64,000 nucleotides of DNA from a virus, in IMG/VR virus record IMGVR_UViG_3300035698_026135, positions 32,001 through 96,000 of that record; one strand, given 5' to 3'. Shown one piece after another: positions 19,919 to 28,928 of this stretch. How positions within the stretch are numbered: the stretch's first letter is position 1; every line of letters begins with the position of its first letter. Below the pieces are notes generated by a model, which was not told where the DNA came from, made no database searches, and saw nothing but the letters and a program-made list of their open reading frames with translations. Made by a program: the position numbers and the translations under genes.

Positions 19919-21940
19919 ATGCCTGAAAATACAAAATCTTTAACTCCTGGACCGAAAGGTCGCAATCCTGTAAAAATGATGCCGGACGGATCTGTCCTAA
20001 AGAAGCTGATAAGGCTCTTCAGAACAAATTCGGTGATGAAACACCACTTTCAGTCTGATGGATCAGCAAAACCCCAAGGAACCGCAAAGGCATTTTTCAA
20101 GAATGCCTACAGTTTCAACCAGAGCGTAATCCCCGGATACAGTGGATATGATAGATTTGCTCGCTATTCAGATTATGCAGAGATGGAATCTCATCCGATT
20201 CTCGCAAATGCCCTAAATATCGTCGCTGACGAGGTAACCCAGAAGAACGAAGACGGAAAAGTCATTCATCTGGTATCTGAGGACCAACAGATAGAGAAGC
20301 TCCTTCGCGAGCTGTTTAGCAACATTCTCAGACTCAACGGCAAACAGGGCTGGAAGCTTGTCCGCAACCTAATCAAATACGGCGATGCCGTCTATCTAAT
20401 TGATATTACTCCGGAAAATGGTGTTGTTGGACTTGTCCACATGCCAGCAAATGAAATCGAGAGAGAGGAGGGCTTCGATCGCGATGAACCTTCTGCTGTC
20501 AGATTCCGCTGGACAGCCAAGCAGAATATCGAAATTCCGAATGCCTACGTGGCACACTTTAGACTAGAAGGGAATGATATGTTTCATCCCTACGGACAGA
20601 GCGTCCTAGAGCCTGCTCGCCGCCCATGGAGGCAGATTGTTCTCCTTGAGGATGCGATGATGGTATATCGAATTACTCGCGCGCCAGAAAGAAGGATTTT
20701 TTATCTAGATGTCATGGGAGCACCACCCGAAGATGTTCCAAACATCATAAACAAGTTCAATGAAACGATTAAGAAAAGTGCCGTAATCGACAACCAAGGA
20801 AGAGTAGACCTTCGTTATGGTGGAACCTTGGCCATGGATGAAGATTATGTCATCCCGGTCAGAGGTGCAGATAGCAGCACGCGAATCGAAACGTTGCCTG
20901 GCGGACAAAACCTGGGAGATGTTGAGGATATTGAATTCATTCGAGCTAACCTATTTTCCGCTCTTGGTATCCCCAAAGCATTCTTGACTTTTGATCAAGA
21001 TATGAAATCAAAACAGGTATTGACACAAGAGGATATTCGCTTCGCTAGAACTGTAGCCAGAATTCAAGAGGTCGTCATTGACGAACTTATCAAAATTGGA
21101 ATGATTCACCTATATGTGAAGGGCCTACGAGGCGAACAGTTGATTAATTTCAAGATTAAAATGACGAATCCCTCGACCGTCGCCGAGCTTCAAAAGATGG
21201 AACTCCTTAGGGCGAGAATGGAACTTGTTATGAATGCCAAAGATGGCGTATTTGATACGACCTACATCTATAAAGAATTTTTAAATCTCTCCGATGATGC
21301 AATCGAGAAGATCAGAAAAGGACAGATTCAAGATAAGATGTTCCAGGCAAAACTTCTTCAGATAGAGAATGCCCAAGGCATGCAACAAGGCATGCCAGGA
21401 ATGGATCCAGGTATGGGCGGCGGAATGCCGATGCCAGGAATGGACCCAGGTATGGGCGGAGCACCACCTCCTATGGGCGGAGCGCCAGGAATGAACCCAG
21501 GAGCAGGAATGCCAGTTGAAGGACTTGAGATCGACGACGAGGCCGAGGAGCTTGACGAATATAAAGATCTGCACAGAGATTCCTCTGGGAATTTCAGAAC
21601 AAAGGCAAAACGAGGACTTGAGGGAACAGATCTCACAGGAGCAGGCGATCCAGACGATGATCCGTATGACATCGCAGGAATCAGAAGAACCTATGCCTCA
21701 CCAATGGGATCAAACGAATCGGTAGAACCGGCCCAGATGACGATGACCGAAGTCTTAAAATTGGTAAAAGAATTTTATAAAGATGAAGATGCGGAGAAGA
21801 AGAAAAATTCCAACGTATCTGAATACCCACTTGGAATGACGGAAGAGAAATTAAAAGAAATATTTGGCGACGATCAATCGGGCGCTCAGACGAAAGAAAT
21901 GCTCACAGAAGCCTACCATGAAAGCATCTGCCGGCTATAA
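19919..21940 (+). CDS. Portal protein (T4 gp20-like)
   Basis: LLEDAMMVYRITRAPERRIFY, EDYVIP, IETLPGGQNLG motifs. Confidence 0.95.
   Translation: MPENTKSLTPGPKGRNPVKMMPDGSVLKKLIRLFRTNSVMKHHFQSDGSAKPQGTAKAFFKNAYSFNQSVIPGYSGYDRFARYSDYAEMESHPILANALNIVADEVTQKNEDGKVIHLVSEDQQIEKLLRELFSNILRLNGKQGWKLVRNLIKYGDAVYLIDITPENGVVGLVHMPANEIEREEGFDRDEPSAVRFRWTAKQNIEIPNAYVAHFRLEGNDMFHPYGQSVLEPARRPWRQIVLLEDAMMVYRITRAPERRIFYLDVMGAPPEDVPNIINKFNETIKKSAVIDNQGRVDLRYGGTLAMDEDYVIPVRGADSSTRIETLPGGQNLGDVEDIEFIRANLFSALGIPKAFLTFDQDMKSKQVLTQEDIRFARTVARIQEVVIDELIKIGMIHLYVKGLRGEQLINFKIKMTNPSTVAELQKMELLRARMELVMNAKDGVFDTTYIYKEFLNLSDDAIEKIRKGQIQDKMFQAKLLQIENAQGMQQGMPGMDPGMGGGMPMPGMDPGMGGAPPPMGGAPGMNPGAGMPVEGLEIDDEAEELDEYKDLHRDSSGNFRTKAKRGLEGTDLTGAGDPDDDPYDIAGIRRTYASPMGSNESVEPAQMTMTEVLKLVKEFYKDEDAEKKKNSNVSEYPLGMTEEKLKEIFGDDQSGAQTKEMLTEAYHESICRL
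21392..21515 (+). repeat. Met/Gly/Pro coding repeat in the portal tail
   Basis: MPGMDPGMGG twice plus APGMNPGAG. Confidence 0.8.
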
Positions 21941-22052
21941 GAGCCGTTGGATTGGGAAGAAACTCTAGAAAGAAACGACGAAAAAGCAAATAAATTATTA
22001 GAAGAAGTCTATTTGCCAAATAAATAATAGTAGAAGCGAGAGAAAAAATAGA

Positions 22053-22286
22053 ATGACGCTTAATAATCCCATGAAAAATAAAATTACTGCTAAAAGGGTA
22101 GCTAGGGCAAAAAGAAGGCTGGTTAACCAATATTCTTTGGGTGGAGGTTTTATAAACTCCTACAATTCAGCCATTAATATTGAAGAAAGTCTTGGTTTTT
22201 TTAGGCAAAATATTTCGGCATGTTGTCGAGGAGAATCCAAAACATCTCATGGATATGTTTGGAGACATGAAAATGATACGACATAA
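22053..22286 (+). CDS. NUMOD1-only mini-protein, probable homing endonuclease remnant
   Basis: VNQYSLGGGFINSYNS..NISACCRG..KTSHGYVWR matches the NUMOD1 units in 53917..54807. Confidence 0.7.
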   Translation: MTLNNPMKNKITAKRVARAKRRLVNQYSLGGGFINSYNSAINIEESLGFFRQNISACCRGESKTSHGYVWRHENDTT

Positions 22287-23121
22287 CAAAAAAAGAAATA
22301 CATTTATAGTTTACGAACAATTAATTACACTAGTCACACAACTGGCTGCTGGCGGAAATAAAACCGAGGCAAATTTTGTTGTTGAAATCATTAAGGAATG
22401 TTTTCACCCAAAAACACATTTGGGCCGAGAATACAAATTAATGAAGTCCGTCTTCGAAACGAGGCTGGGCTCAAAAGAGGATGCTCAGGATTTACTCAAA
22501 GAGGTTCTTTCAGAATCTAAGATTATTTCCCAAGAAAAACTGGAATTTGAGAAGGGCCGGCTTATAAAAAATATAAATAAATCCTTTTCTAAAGATTTTT
22601 ATAAAATCCCCATTAAAGAATACAAGCAGGCCGCATCCCTGCAAATCTTGATGAACGAATCCAGAACCAAAGATGTTGATACAACTCCCTCAGAGAGAGT
22701 TCAAATCAAGAAGACTTTAATTGAGACCATCACCAGAGCGAAACCTGCTCCCGCCCAAGAGGTTGATAGCCTGACGCTATCTTTGATGATCAAAAAGTTT
22801 AATGGAAGATACGCAAAAATAATGAATGAGGACCAACGACACCTTTTGTCTGCTTGGACAAACTTCATTGTCAACAAGGACGAAACTCAAGCTAAAAAGG
22901 TCATCGAAGAGAAGGTCGATAAGTTGAAAATTTCACTCTCCTCTTTAATGCATTCAAAAAATCATAAAAACAGTGAACTACGAGGCAGTCTAAAAGAAGC
23001 CTACGGCAAACTTGTTGAATCTAAGTTTGAACTAGATGAAAAATCAATTTATGAAGTTATGAGGTATTTTGACCTTACCGAGGACCTTAAAAATTATGAC
23101 CAAGAAGAAAAAGAAGTTTGA
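22273..23121 (+). CDS. Head-module hypothetical protein
   Basis: GGAG at 22261 favours ATG 22273 (MIRHNKKRNT) over the ORF-track start at 22180. Confidence 0.65.
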   Translation: MIRHNKKRNTFIVYEQLITLVTQLAAGGNKTEANFVVEIIKECFHPKTHLGREYKLMKSVFETRLGSKEDAQDLLKEVLSESKIISQEKLEFEKGRLIKNINKSFSKDFYKIPIKEYKQAASLQILMNESRTKDVDTTPSERVQIKKTLIETITRAKPAPAQEVDSLTLSLMIKKFNGRYAKIMNEDQRHLLSAWTNFIVNKDETQAKKVIEEKVDKLKISLSSLMHSKNHKNSELRGSLKEAYGKLVESKFELDEKSIYEVMRYFDLTEDLKNYDQEEKEV

Positions 23122-25315
23122 TGAAGCATCGGTCACAGCCGATATAACAGGATACCTCGCTTCTCGAAAAGCTTTTGCTAACGGAGAGGTGTATAATAAA
23201 AATAAGAAGAATAAGAAACCGACTCCTTGGTACCTGAAAACGGTCAAGGAAGTCCGTGCTGGCGTTCGTAAAGCGCTCACCGAACACAGGCTCCTAAGCG
23301 AATCTGATTTGAATTCGTTTGATGATCACATTGAAGATCTAGAGAATCAACTCGCCGACGCCGAAGAGAGATATGCCGAAAAGCCAAAAGATGCCGCACG
23401 GCGATTCAAAGTCCGCGAACTAGGTAGTCAAGTTCAACGATCCCACAAAGCGAAAGAGCTTGGCGGAGACGATTGGAGAAGTTATCTCATTGACCCAGAA
23501 GGCCAAAAGAAGATTGACGATACCAAAAAAGAGAAATCTACACGAAACAAAAAACAATCAGTGGTGGACGATTTCGACAAAGATCCCGAAGTAGAAAACT
23601 TTGTCTCTGTTGTGACTCCGGGCATCACAAAGTGGGTAAAGGCCAACAAAAATAAAACTGGTGTTTGGCTTCTGAATAAGTTTCAAAAATATCTCAACCA
23701 GACTAATACGAACGCTAAAGAGCTTAAGGACATTGAGAGCCTCGTCAAAGATGTCCTGATTGGCAAATATGCCAATAGTCCGAACCTTACTTCTCCGCTT
23801 GGAAAACCTGCGGAGAGCGAAGAGGATAAAATTAAATATGGCACGCTCGCATTTCTAAAGGCAAAAGAAGGAGAGAAAACACCAGCGCAGCCAATGGATT
23901 CGCCAGAGATGAAAGTCAAAGGCTCAGGCAAACGCACCGCACCAGGCGCAGGAATGGTACAAAAGGGAAGCGATAGGTACCGCAAAAGAATCGCTAAAGA
24001 GCCAATGCCTGGAGCAATCGGAGACCTTCAAAAGCTTCACAAAAAGATAGACGTTGCACCAGAATTTAAAGGCAAGGCTGTTGTTCCACCCAAGAGCGGT
24101 CGGGGCGGAAGCTTTGATCCAGGAACAGCAGGAAAAGAACTTCAGCAATCTTATGTTAAGATTGTAGATGAGATTCTGTATGGAAAAAATGGCAAGTTTG
24201 ACGAACTCGTAAACATCATTGGCCGTCGCCATGGCATAAACGATATGCCAAAGGTTGTTGCGCACCTTGCAAGCTTCGAAAAAGAAGGCGTTGACATGAC
24301 AGAGAAGAATGTAGAAATGCAGTTTTCAGACAAGGAGATCGAGGCCCTTGGAGAATTGTCTGTCCTTTCCGATCCAACCGAAGTTGCAAAATTACAGAGT
24401 CAGGGATTTACTCAATTTGAGGACGCTCTAGGAAATTACCTAAGAGACCTCTTTGCCGATAGAGGATATGACATTAAAACGTCCGATGAAGACGATGACT
24501 TAGATTCAGATTCCGGCGCCGTGACAGATGGGATGAGAGCACTTCTTGCCATCGAATTGAAGGTTAAGAGAAACGAGGTGGACCAAGCCGCTTCCGAAAT
24601 GAGAAAATCGAATCCAGAAAAGTGGAACAAGGCTGAGACCGCCGCCCTGAGAAGGTTGAGAGATCTTTCTCCGAGCGATTTCACCAAAGAGATTCAGGGC
24701 CGAAAGGGCCGAACCGACGATGCAAAAGAGCTTGAAAAAAGAAAGGCTGCCCTCAAGCCATCAGTAGACAAAAGAAGAGAGGAAGACGAAGCAATAGTTG
24801 CCCCTATGGGAAAATCCGATTTCCAAAGAAGTCTGGATGCACGGGAATATCACCAAAATATGTCTGCAATGGACAGGGTTATTGCGAGGCAAGAGAAAGA
24901 GTCGGCCGAGAATGAAGATCAAGGCCTATTTAATCAGAGAGAAAACAAAATGAGTAAAAAAGAATCATACCAATTTAGCATCCTTGAGCTTTTCGAAGGC
25001 TTCGAGAATTCTTACGATATCGAGACCGACGAAAAAGAAGAAGAGTGGGAGAATGGAACCCTTGCGTCCAAGAAAGAATGGGTTAAAGACCTATCCCTAG
25101 AGTCCCTCATGAGGACTATTGTTGAATCCGAGAAGGATAGACACACCAGAACGCGAAGCCCAGAGCCCGCCGATTGGCTTGAAGGAGATGCAGAAGTAGA
25201 AGAGGAACTAAAAAACGTCAATGTTCCTGATGGTTGGAATAAAGGAAACACTCCAGATTCATGGCTCGCCGTTGGCAAGCATGCCGGAAAGCTTCCTGAC
25301 AACGAAAGGAAATAA
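23096..25315 (+). CDS. Large charged protein, putative internal head protein; possible second in-frame start at 24950
   Basis: Lies between portal and protease; FDE, LTE, LSE, LFE, IVE sites; ATG 23096 overlaps the upstream gene end. Confidence 0.55.
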   Translation: MTKKKKKFDEASVTADITGYLASRKAFANGEVYNKNKKNKKPTPWYLKTVKEVRAGVRKALTEHRLLSESDLNSFDDHIEDLENQLADAEERYAEKPKDAARRFKVRELGSQVQRSHKAKELGGDDWRSYLIDPEGQKKIDDTKKEKSTRNKKQSVVDDFDKDPEVENFVSVVTPGITKWVKANKNKTGVWLLNKFQKYLNQTNTNAKELKDIESLVKDVLIGKYANSPNLTSPLGKPAESEEDKIKYGTLAFLKAKEGEKTPAQPMDSPEMKVKGSGKRTAPGAGMVQKGSDRYRKRIAKEPMPGAIGDLQKLHKKIDVAPEFKGKAVVPPKSGRGGSFDPGTAGKELQQSYVKIVDEILYGKNGKFDELVNIIGRRHGINDMPKVVAHLASFEKEGVDMTEKNVEMQFSDKEIEALGELSVLSDPTEVAKLQSQGFTQFEDALGNYLRDLFADRGYDIKTSDEDDDLDSDSGAVTDGMRALLAIELKVKRNEVDQAASEMRKSNPEKWNKAETAALRRLRDLSPSDFTKEIQGRKGRTDDAKELEKRKAALKPSVDKRREEDEAIVAPMGKSDFQRSLDAREYHQNMSAMDRVIARQEKESAENEDQGLFNQRENKMSKKESYQFSILELFEGFENSYDIETDEKEEEWENGTLASKKEWVKDLSLESLMRTIVESEKDRHTRTRSPEPADWLEGDAEVEEELKNVNVPDGWNKGNTPDSWLAVGKHAGKLPDNERK

Positions 25316-25317
25316 AA

Positions 25318-27030
25318 ATGCCAGTCATCCTCAAAGAGTATTATCAGCTCTCCCCAAATAAAGAGACCCTAACAGAAATGAGACAGTCTCTAAGCGAGGG
25401 CAAACCCTTCATCGTAAAGGGTCTCATTCAACGCGCCGATGCACAGAATCAAAATGGAAGAATTTATCCATTCGAAATTCTCAAAAAGGTCTTGGATGGC
25501 TACGACAAAGATTATGTATCGAAAGGTATTGCATTGGGTGAACTCGACCATTGTCTAGCTGGAGATACGGAAGTGTTGACGGAAGATGGCTGGAAAATGC
25601 TTCCAGATGTAGAGGTCGGAGAGAATGTATATTCCTACAAAGAGGGAGAAATCAAACTTGTGCCGGTAACGAAGACTCACAAATTTGCCTATAATGGAAA
25701 AATGATTCGCCTAACCAACGGAAAAAAGATGGATCTACTAATGACCCCTAATCACAGAATGATTTTGTGGGATAGAGATAATAAAGATTACTATATGACA
25801 GCCGAAGATGCAAGAAAGTCATGGAAGACAAAAAGCCCTTCCCTCTCTCATTCTAGCATTAAGTCGTCCGGCGAGTGGAATGACGGAAATAGCGAATCAT
25901 ATTTTGAGATTCCCGATACGGATTATAGAGTTTCGATGAAGGCGTGGGCCGGTTTGATGGGCATATTTTTATCAGATGGACACGTAGAGGGAAGTCGTTC
26001 GGGAAACGTTAGAAACAATAGGGTTACTATTCACCAGAAAAAGGCCGAAAATATATCAAAAATAGAAGAATTGTTGTCGTCGACCGAACTTCCCTGGACT
26101 AAGTTTATTCACGAAAACGGAAAGCATGAGTGGAGCCTTCACAACAAAGGGGTTCATGCTTACTTTTCTCAGTTTGGCAATTCGGAAACCAAGTTTATTC
26201 CAAGGGATCTACTCTTACAAAATAAAGATGTTTTGTCGACCTTGTCAGAATGGCTCCTTGTTGGCGATGGACGAAACAGAATTTCAAAAACCTCGAACTC
26301 CACAAGAGCTATTAAAGAGTATTCGACTGTGTCAACAAGATTGGCTGACGATGTTAGCGAATTGTTTTTCAAATTGGGATATAGGCCCTTCATCAAGACG
26401 GAGATAGCCAAAGAAGATTTGTTGATTGAAGGGAGGGTTGTCAAAAAAGAAAATTGCAAACCTCTCTATACTGTTGCTGGCAACACGACTAGCACATCGC
26501 TGGATGCTCGATTTATAAACTTCGAAGAAATAGAATATGATGATTATGTTTATTGTATTTCGGATGAAAATAAGAACTTTTTAACACGTAGTCCCAATGG
26601 ATATGTTTGCTGGACAGGCAATACCGAAGAGCCCGTTATAGCACTAAAGAATGTCTCCCATAGAATCCTTGAGGTTTGGTGGGAAGGTAAAGATGTGCAT
26701 GGAAAGGTTCAAATTCTGAACACCCCAGCAGGAAAGATCGCCCAAGAGATGACACTAGCAGGAATACCTCTCGGTATTTCATCGAGAGCCGTTGGATCCG
26801 TATCCAAAAACGAGTCTTCTGGTGCCGATATTGTAGAGGATGACCTTCAAATGATTTGTTTCGATCTTGTCGGCACACCATCTACCCACGGCGCCTTCCT
26901 TCACGAGAATCAAAAAGTGCTTAATTCAAAAGCAAAAGAGATTACGGATTTTGATCCAACAAAAGTTTTGCCCGCCAGCGTAAGAGTAAAGCAAACTCTC
27001 GAAGACATCCTGGGCAAAGAAGTAAAATAA
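25318..27030 (+). CDS. Prohead core protease (T4 gp21-like) with intein
   Basis: NQNGRIYP, GELDH, NVSH, LNTPAG, GISSRAVGS, DLVGTPS. Confidence 0.93.
   Translation: MPVILKEYYQLSPNKETLTEMRQSLSEGKPFIVKGLIQRADAQNQNGRIYPFEILKKVLDGYDKDYVSKGIALGELDHCLAGDTEVLTEDGWKMLPDVEVGENVYSYKEGEIKLVPVTKTHKFAYNGKMIRLTNGKKMDLLMTPNHRMILWDRDNKDYYMTAEDARKSWKTKSPSLSHSSIKSSGEWNDGNSESYFEIPDTDYRVSMKAWAGLMGIFLSDGHVEGSRSGNVRNNRVTIHQKKAENISKIEELLSSTELPWTKFIHENGKHEWSLHNKGVHAYFSQFGNSETKFIPRDLLLQNKDVLSTLSEWLLVGDGRNRISKTSNSTRAIKEYSTVSTRLADDVSELFFKLGYRPFIKTEIAKEDLLIEGRVVKKENCKPLYTVAGNTTSTSLDARFINFEEIEYDDYVYCISDENKNFLTRSPNGYVCWTGNTEEPVIALKNVSHRILEVWWEGKDVHGKVQILNTPAGKIAQEMTLAGIPLGISSRAVGSVSKNESSGADIVEDDLQMICFDLVGTPSTHGAFLHENQKVLNSKAKEITDFDPTKVLPASVRVKQTLEDILGKEVK
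25552..26622 (+). mobile_element. Intein (357 aa) with LAGLIDADG endonuclease in the prohead protease
   Basis: GELDH|CLAGDTEVLTEDGW ... TPNH ... GIFLSDGH ... LLVGDG ... VYC ... WTGN|T. Confidence 0.9.
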
Positions 27031-27062
27031 ATTTTAACAACTAACCCAAAAAGGAAGTATAA

Positions 27063-27413
27063 ATGAATATAAAGAAACTATCTTTGTTAATTGAGCGTAT
27101 GGTAGCGAAGCAACTCCAGAAACACCTTAAGCCCATGATCAACGAGGTTCTTGCAGAAAAATACCTCTCTGTGCTTACAGAGCAGAAGGCTCCCGGCCTA
27201 CAGGATTCTTTTCCAGCATACACACAAGAAACCAGGCCCACAACCGCACCTCCCGTAGAAGACGGCAGAAAACAACTACAGGAAAGAAGGGAAGCTTTGA
27301 TAGCGAAGCTTACCGATGGAGACCCAGGAATGGCTATGCTTTATGAGGGTACAAGCGCACTCGACGAAGTTGTCGATGATGATGGCGTTGATATCTCTCG
27401 GTTTGGATTTTAA
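27063..27413 (+). CDS. Hypothetical head-module protein
   Basis: AAGGAAG RBS; INE, LTE, LYE sites. Confidence 0.6.
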   Translation: MNIKKLSLLIERMVAKQLQKHLKPMINEVLAEKYLSVLTEQKAPGLQDSFPAYTQETRPTTAPPVEDGRKQLQERREALIAKLTDGDPGMAMLYEGTSALDEVVDDDGVDISRFGF

Positions 27414-27415
27414 TT

Positions 27416-27748
27416 ATGGATAAATTTAATATATTTGGATTTCTTTTTGAGGGTGGAATGTTGAGCGAAGAGGGAGAAGAGGAAGAGCAACCCGAAGCTG
27501 AACCCGAAGCTCCACAACAGCAACAGCAAGCTGAGCCGACACCAGAGAAAAATGCTGAAGTCGTTAGTCCCACGACAAGTCCTTTCGATCAATTTACTGG
27601 AGAAACAATTCAGAATATTGAATTTCAACCACATGAAAATGGTGGAAGTTTTACAATTAAAGTCGCCAACTCGAATTTGCCAATCATTATTAGTTGGGCT
27701 GGCGATCGAGTCACCATGAAGCACAAGGATATTGTCTCACTAACGTAG
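27416..27748 (+). CDS. Hypothetical acidic head-module protein
   Basis: LFE/LSE N-terminus, E/Q/P-rich linker, small C-terminal domain. Confidence 0.6.
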   Translation: MDKFNIFGFLFEGGMLSEEGEEEEQPEAEPEAPQQQQQAEPTPEKNAEVVSPTTSPFDQFTGETIQNIEFQPHENGGSFTIKVANSNLPIIISWAGDRVTMKHKDIVSLT

Positions 27749-27767
27749 TCAATATATTTTTGTTTTA

Positions 27768-27775
27768 CTATTTAA
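27768..27775 (+). promoter_or_regulatory. Putative late promoter CTATTTAA
   Basis: Recurrent motif; begins 12 nt before GTG 27780. Confidence 0.6.
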
Positions 27776-27779
27776 ACAT

Positions 27780-28865
27780 GTGAAACTGAAGCTTACAGAC
27801 ATTCTGAAGGAATTGGTTGGAGGTCCCAGCCTTCGTCCTCAAGGCCCTTCAGGCGCAAACCAACATCTATTCCCACACCATGGCCTATACGGCAAATTGG
27901 GCGGAGGGAAGCCTAAAGCTTCCAATAAAGCCCCATATAACGATAAGGATTCAGATTTAGAGAACGGCGATAAAATGGCCGACGAAGCACAACCAAAAAT
28001 AGAAGAGCTTCCTTTGGAGAATCTATTTAAATTTACCACATCGGCCAACGATAATACATCGTTTCCTCGTCCTCCAACTATGGGAGCGGGATCAATGGCC
28101 GCATATGGAAAAGACACTAATGCGATCGACTCCTTCGATACGAGCGATGAAGGAAATGAGGAGCGATTCAAGACACTTAAGGGCCGCGAAGACCAAAGAG
28201 CTAAGATTACAGAGCTTGCAGGGGGGAGAGAGAGACACCCTCGCGATGACAATGATTACTCCACCAAGCAAGGCTGGGCCAACGGAATTCCTGGCCGAGA
28301 CAAAAAAGACATCGAAGCTGGTGATTTAAAAGTAGATGAAATGATGAAAGATAGAGCACCCGATGCTGACGCTGGAAAGATCTATAAAAGGATTGTAGGA
28401 GAATCTCATGCTGGCCCACTCAAGGAAGGGGGCGCCGATTCGTCCTTTTCGAGAATGAATTTACAAAAAACGATGAAATCGCCCCAAAGTGATTTAAATT
28501 TTTGGAATATTATTGATAGAGAAAATATATATCTATTAACGAACCCTAACAAAAAGGAAAAGAATGACAAAAGGAAAAGAAGAAAAGTACAGATTGATAA
28601 GAGATTCCACAAAGCGGCTGAGCTAACTCACGTCCCCGTTGTGGCTAAGCACCTAGAAGTGAAAGCAGAAGAGGTGAATGGAGACATTAGAAAACTAATA
28701 AAGAAATTTTGCAAAAAAGTGAGAAGAGAAGAAGTTCTTAAACCATTTTATGGAAAATTGATGCACTATACTCCAAAGTCTGAAATCAAAAGACAGAAAA
28801 AACTGTCTGCGATATATTCTCAGAAAAAGAAGGAAGAAAAAGAAGAAAAGGAAGAAATTTTATAA
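27780..28865 (+). CDS. rpsU: Putative head-cargo protein with a C-terminal ribosomal protein bS21-like domain (about 28641-28830)
   Basis: LEVKAEEVNGDIRKLIKKFCKKVRREEVL...HYTPKSEIKRQKK fits the bS21 pattern; position between protease and scaffold/capsid. Confidence 0.7.
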   Translation: MKLKLTDILKELVGGPSLRPQGPSGANQHLFPHHGLYGKLGGGKPKASNKAPYNDKDSDLENGDKMADEAQPKIEELPLENLFKFTTSANDNTSFPRPPTMGAGSMAAYGKDTNAIDSFDTSDEGNEERFKTLKGREDQRAKITELAGGRERHPRDDNDYSTKQGWANGIPGRDKKDIEAGDLKVDEMMKDRAPDADAGKIYKRIVGESHAGPLKEGGADSSFSRMNLQKTMKSPQSDLNFWNIIDRENIYLLTNPNKKEKNDKRKRRKVQIDKRFHKAAELTHVPVVAKHLEVKAEEVNGDIRKLIKKFCKKVRREEVLKPFYGKLMHYTPKSEIKRQKKLSAIYSQKKKEEKEEKEEIL

Positions 28866-28928
28866 TTTCTCTGCCTTTTAGGAAATTATTGCATAATTAA
28901 ATGTAAATCTAAAGGAGTTAAATAAACA

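Noticed and set aside
22180-22272. ORF-track N-terminal extension of 22180..23121
   Set aside because: It overlaps the NUMOD1 ORF, and the RBS supports ATG 22273
25552-26622. Group I intron explanation for the protease and helicase insertions
   Set aside because: Both are in frame with Cys/Asn splice junctions and Hint motifs
28023-28030. CTATTTAA inside the 27780 ORF as a promoter
   Set aside because: No suitably placed start; a chance occurrence is plausible in AT-rich coding DNA
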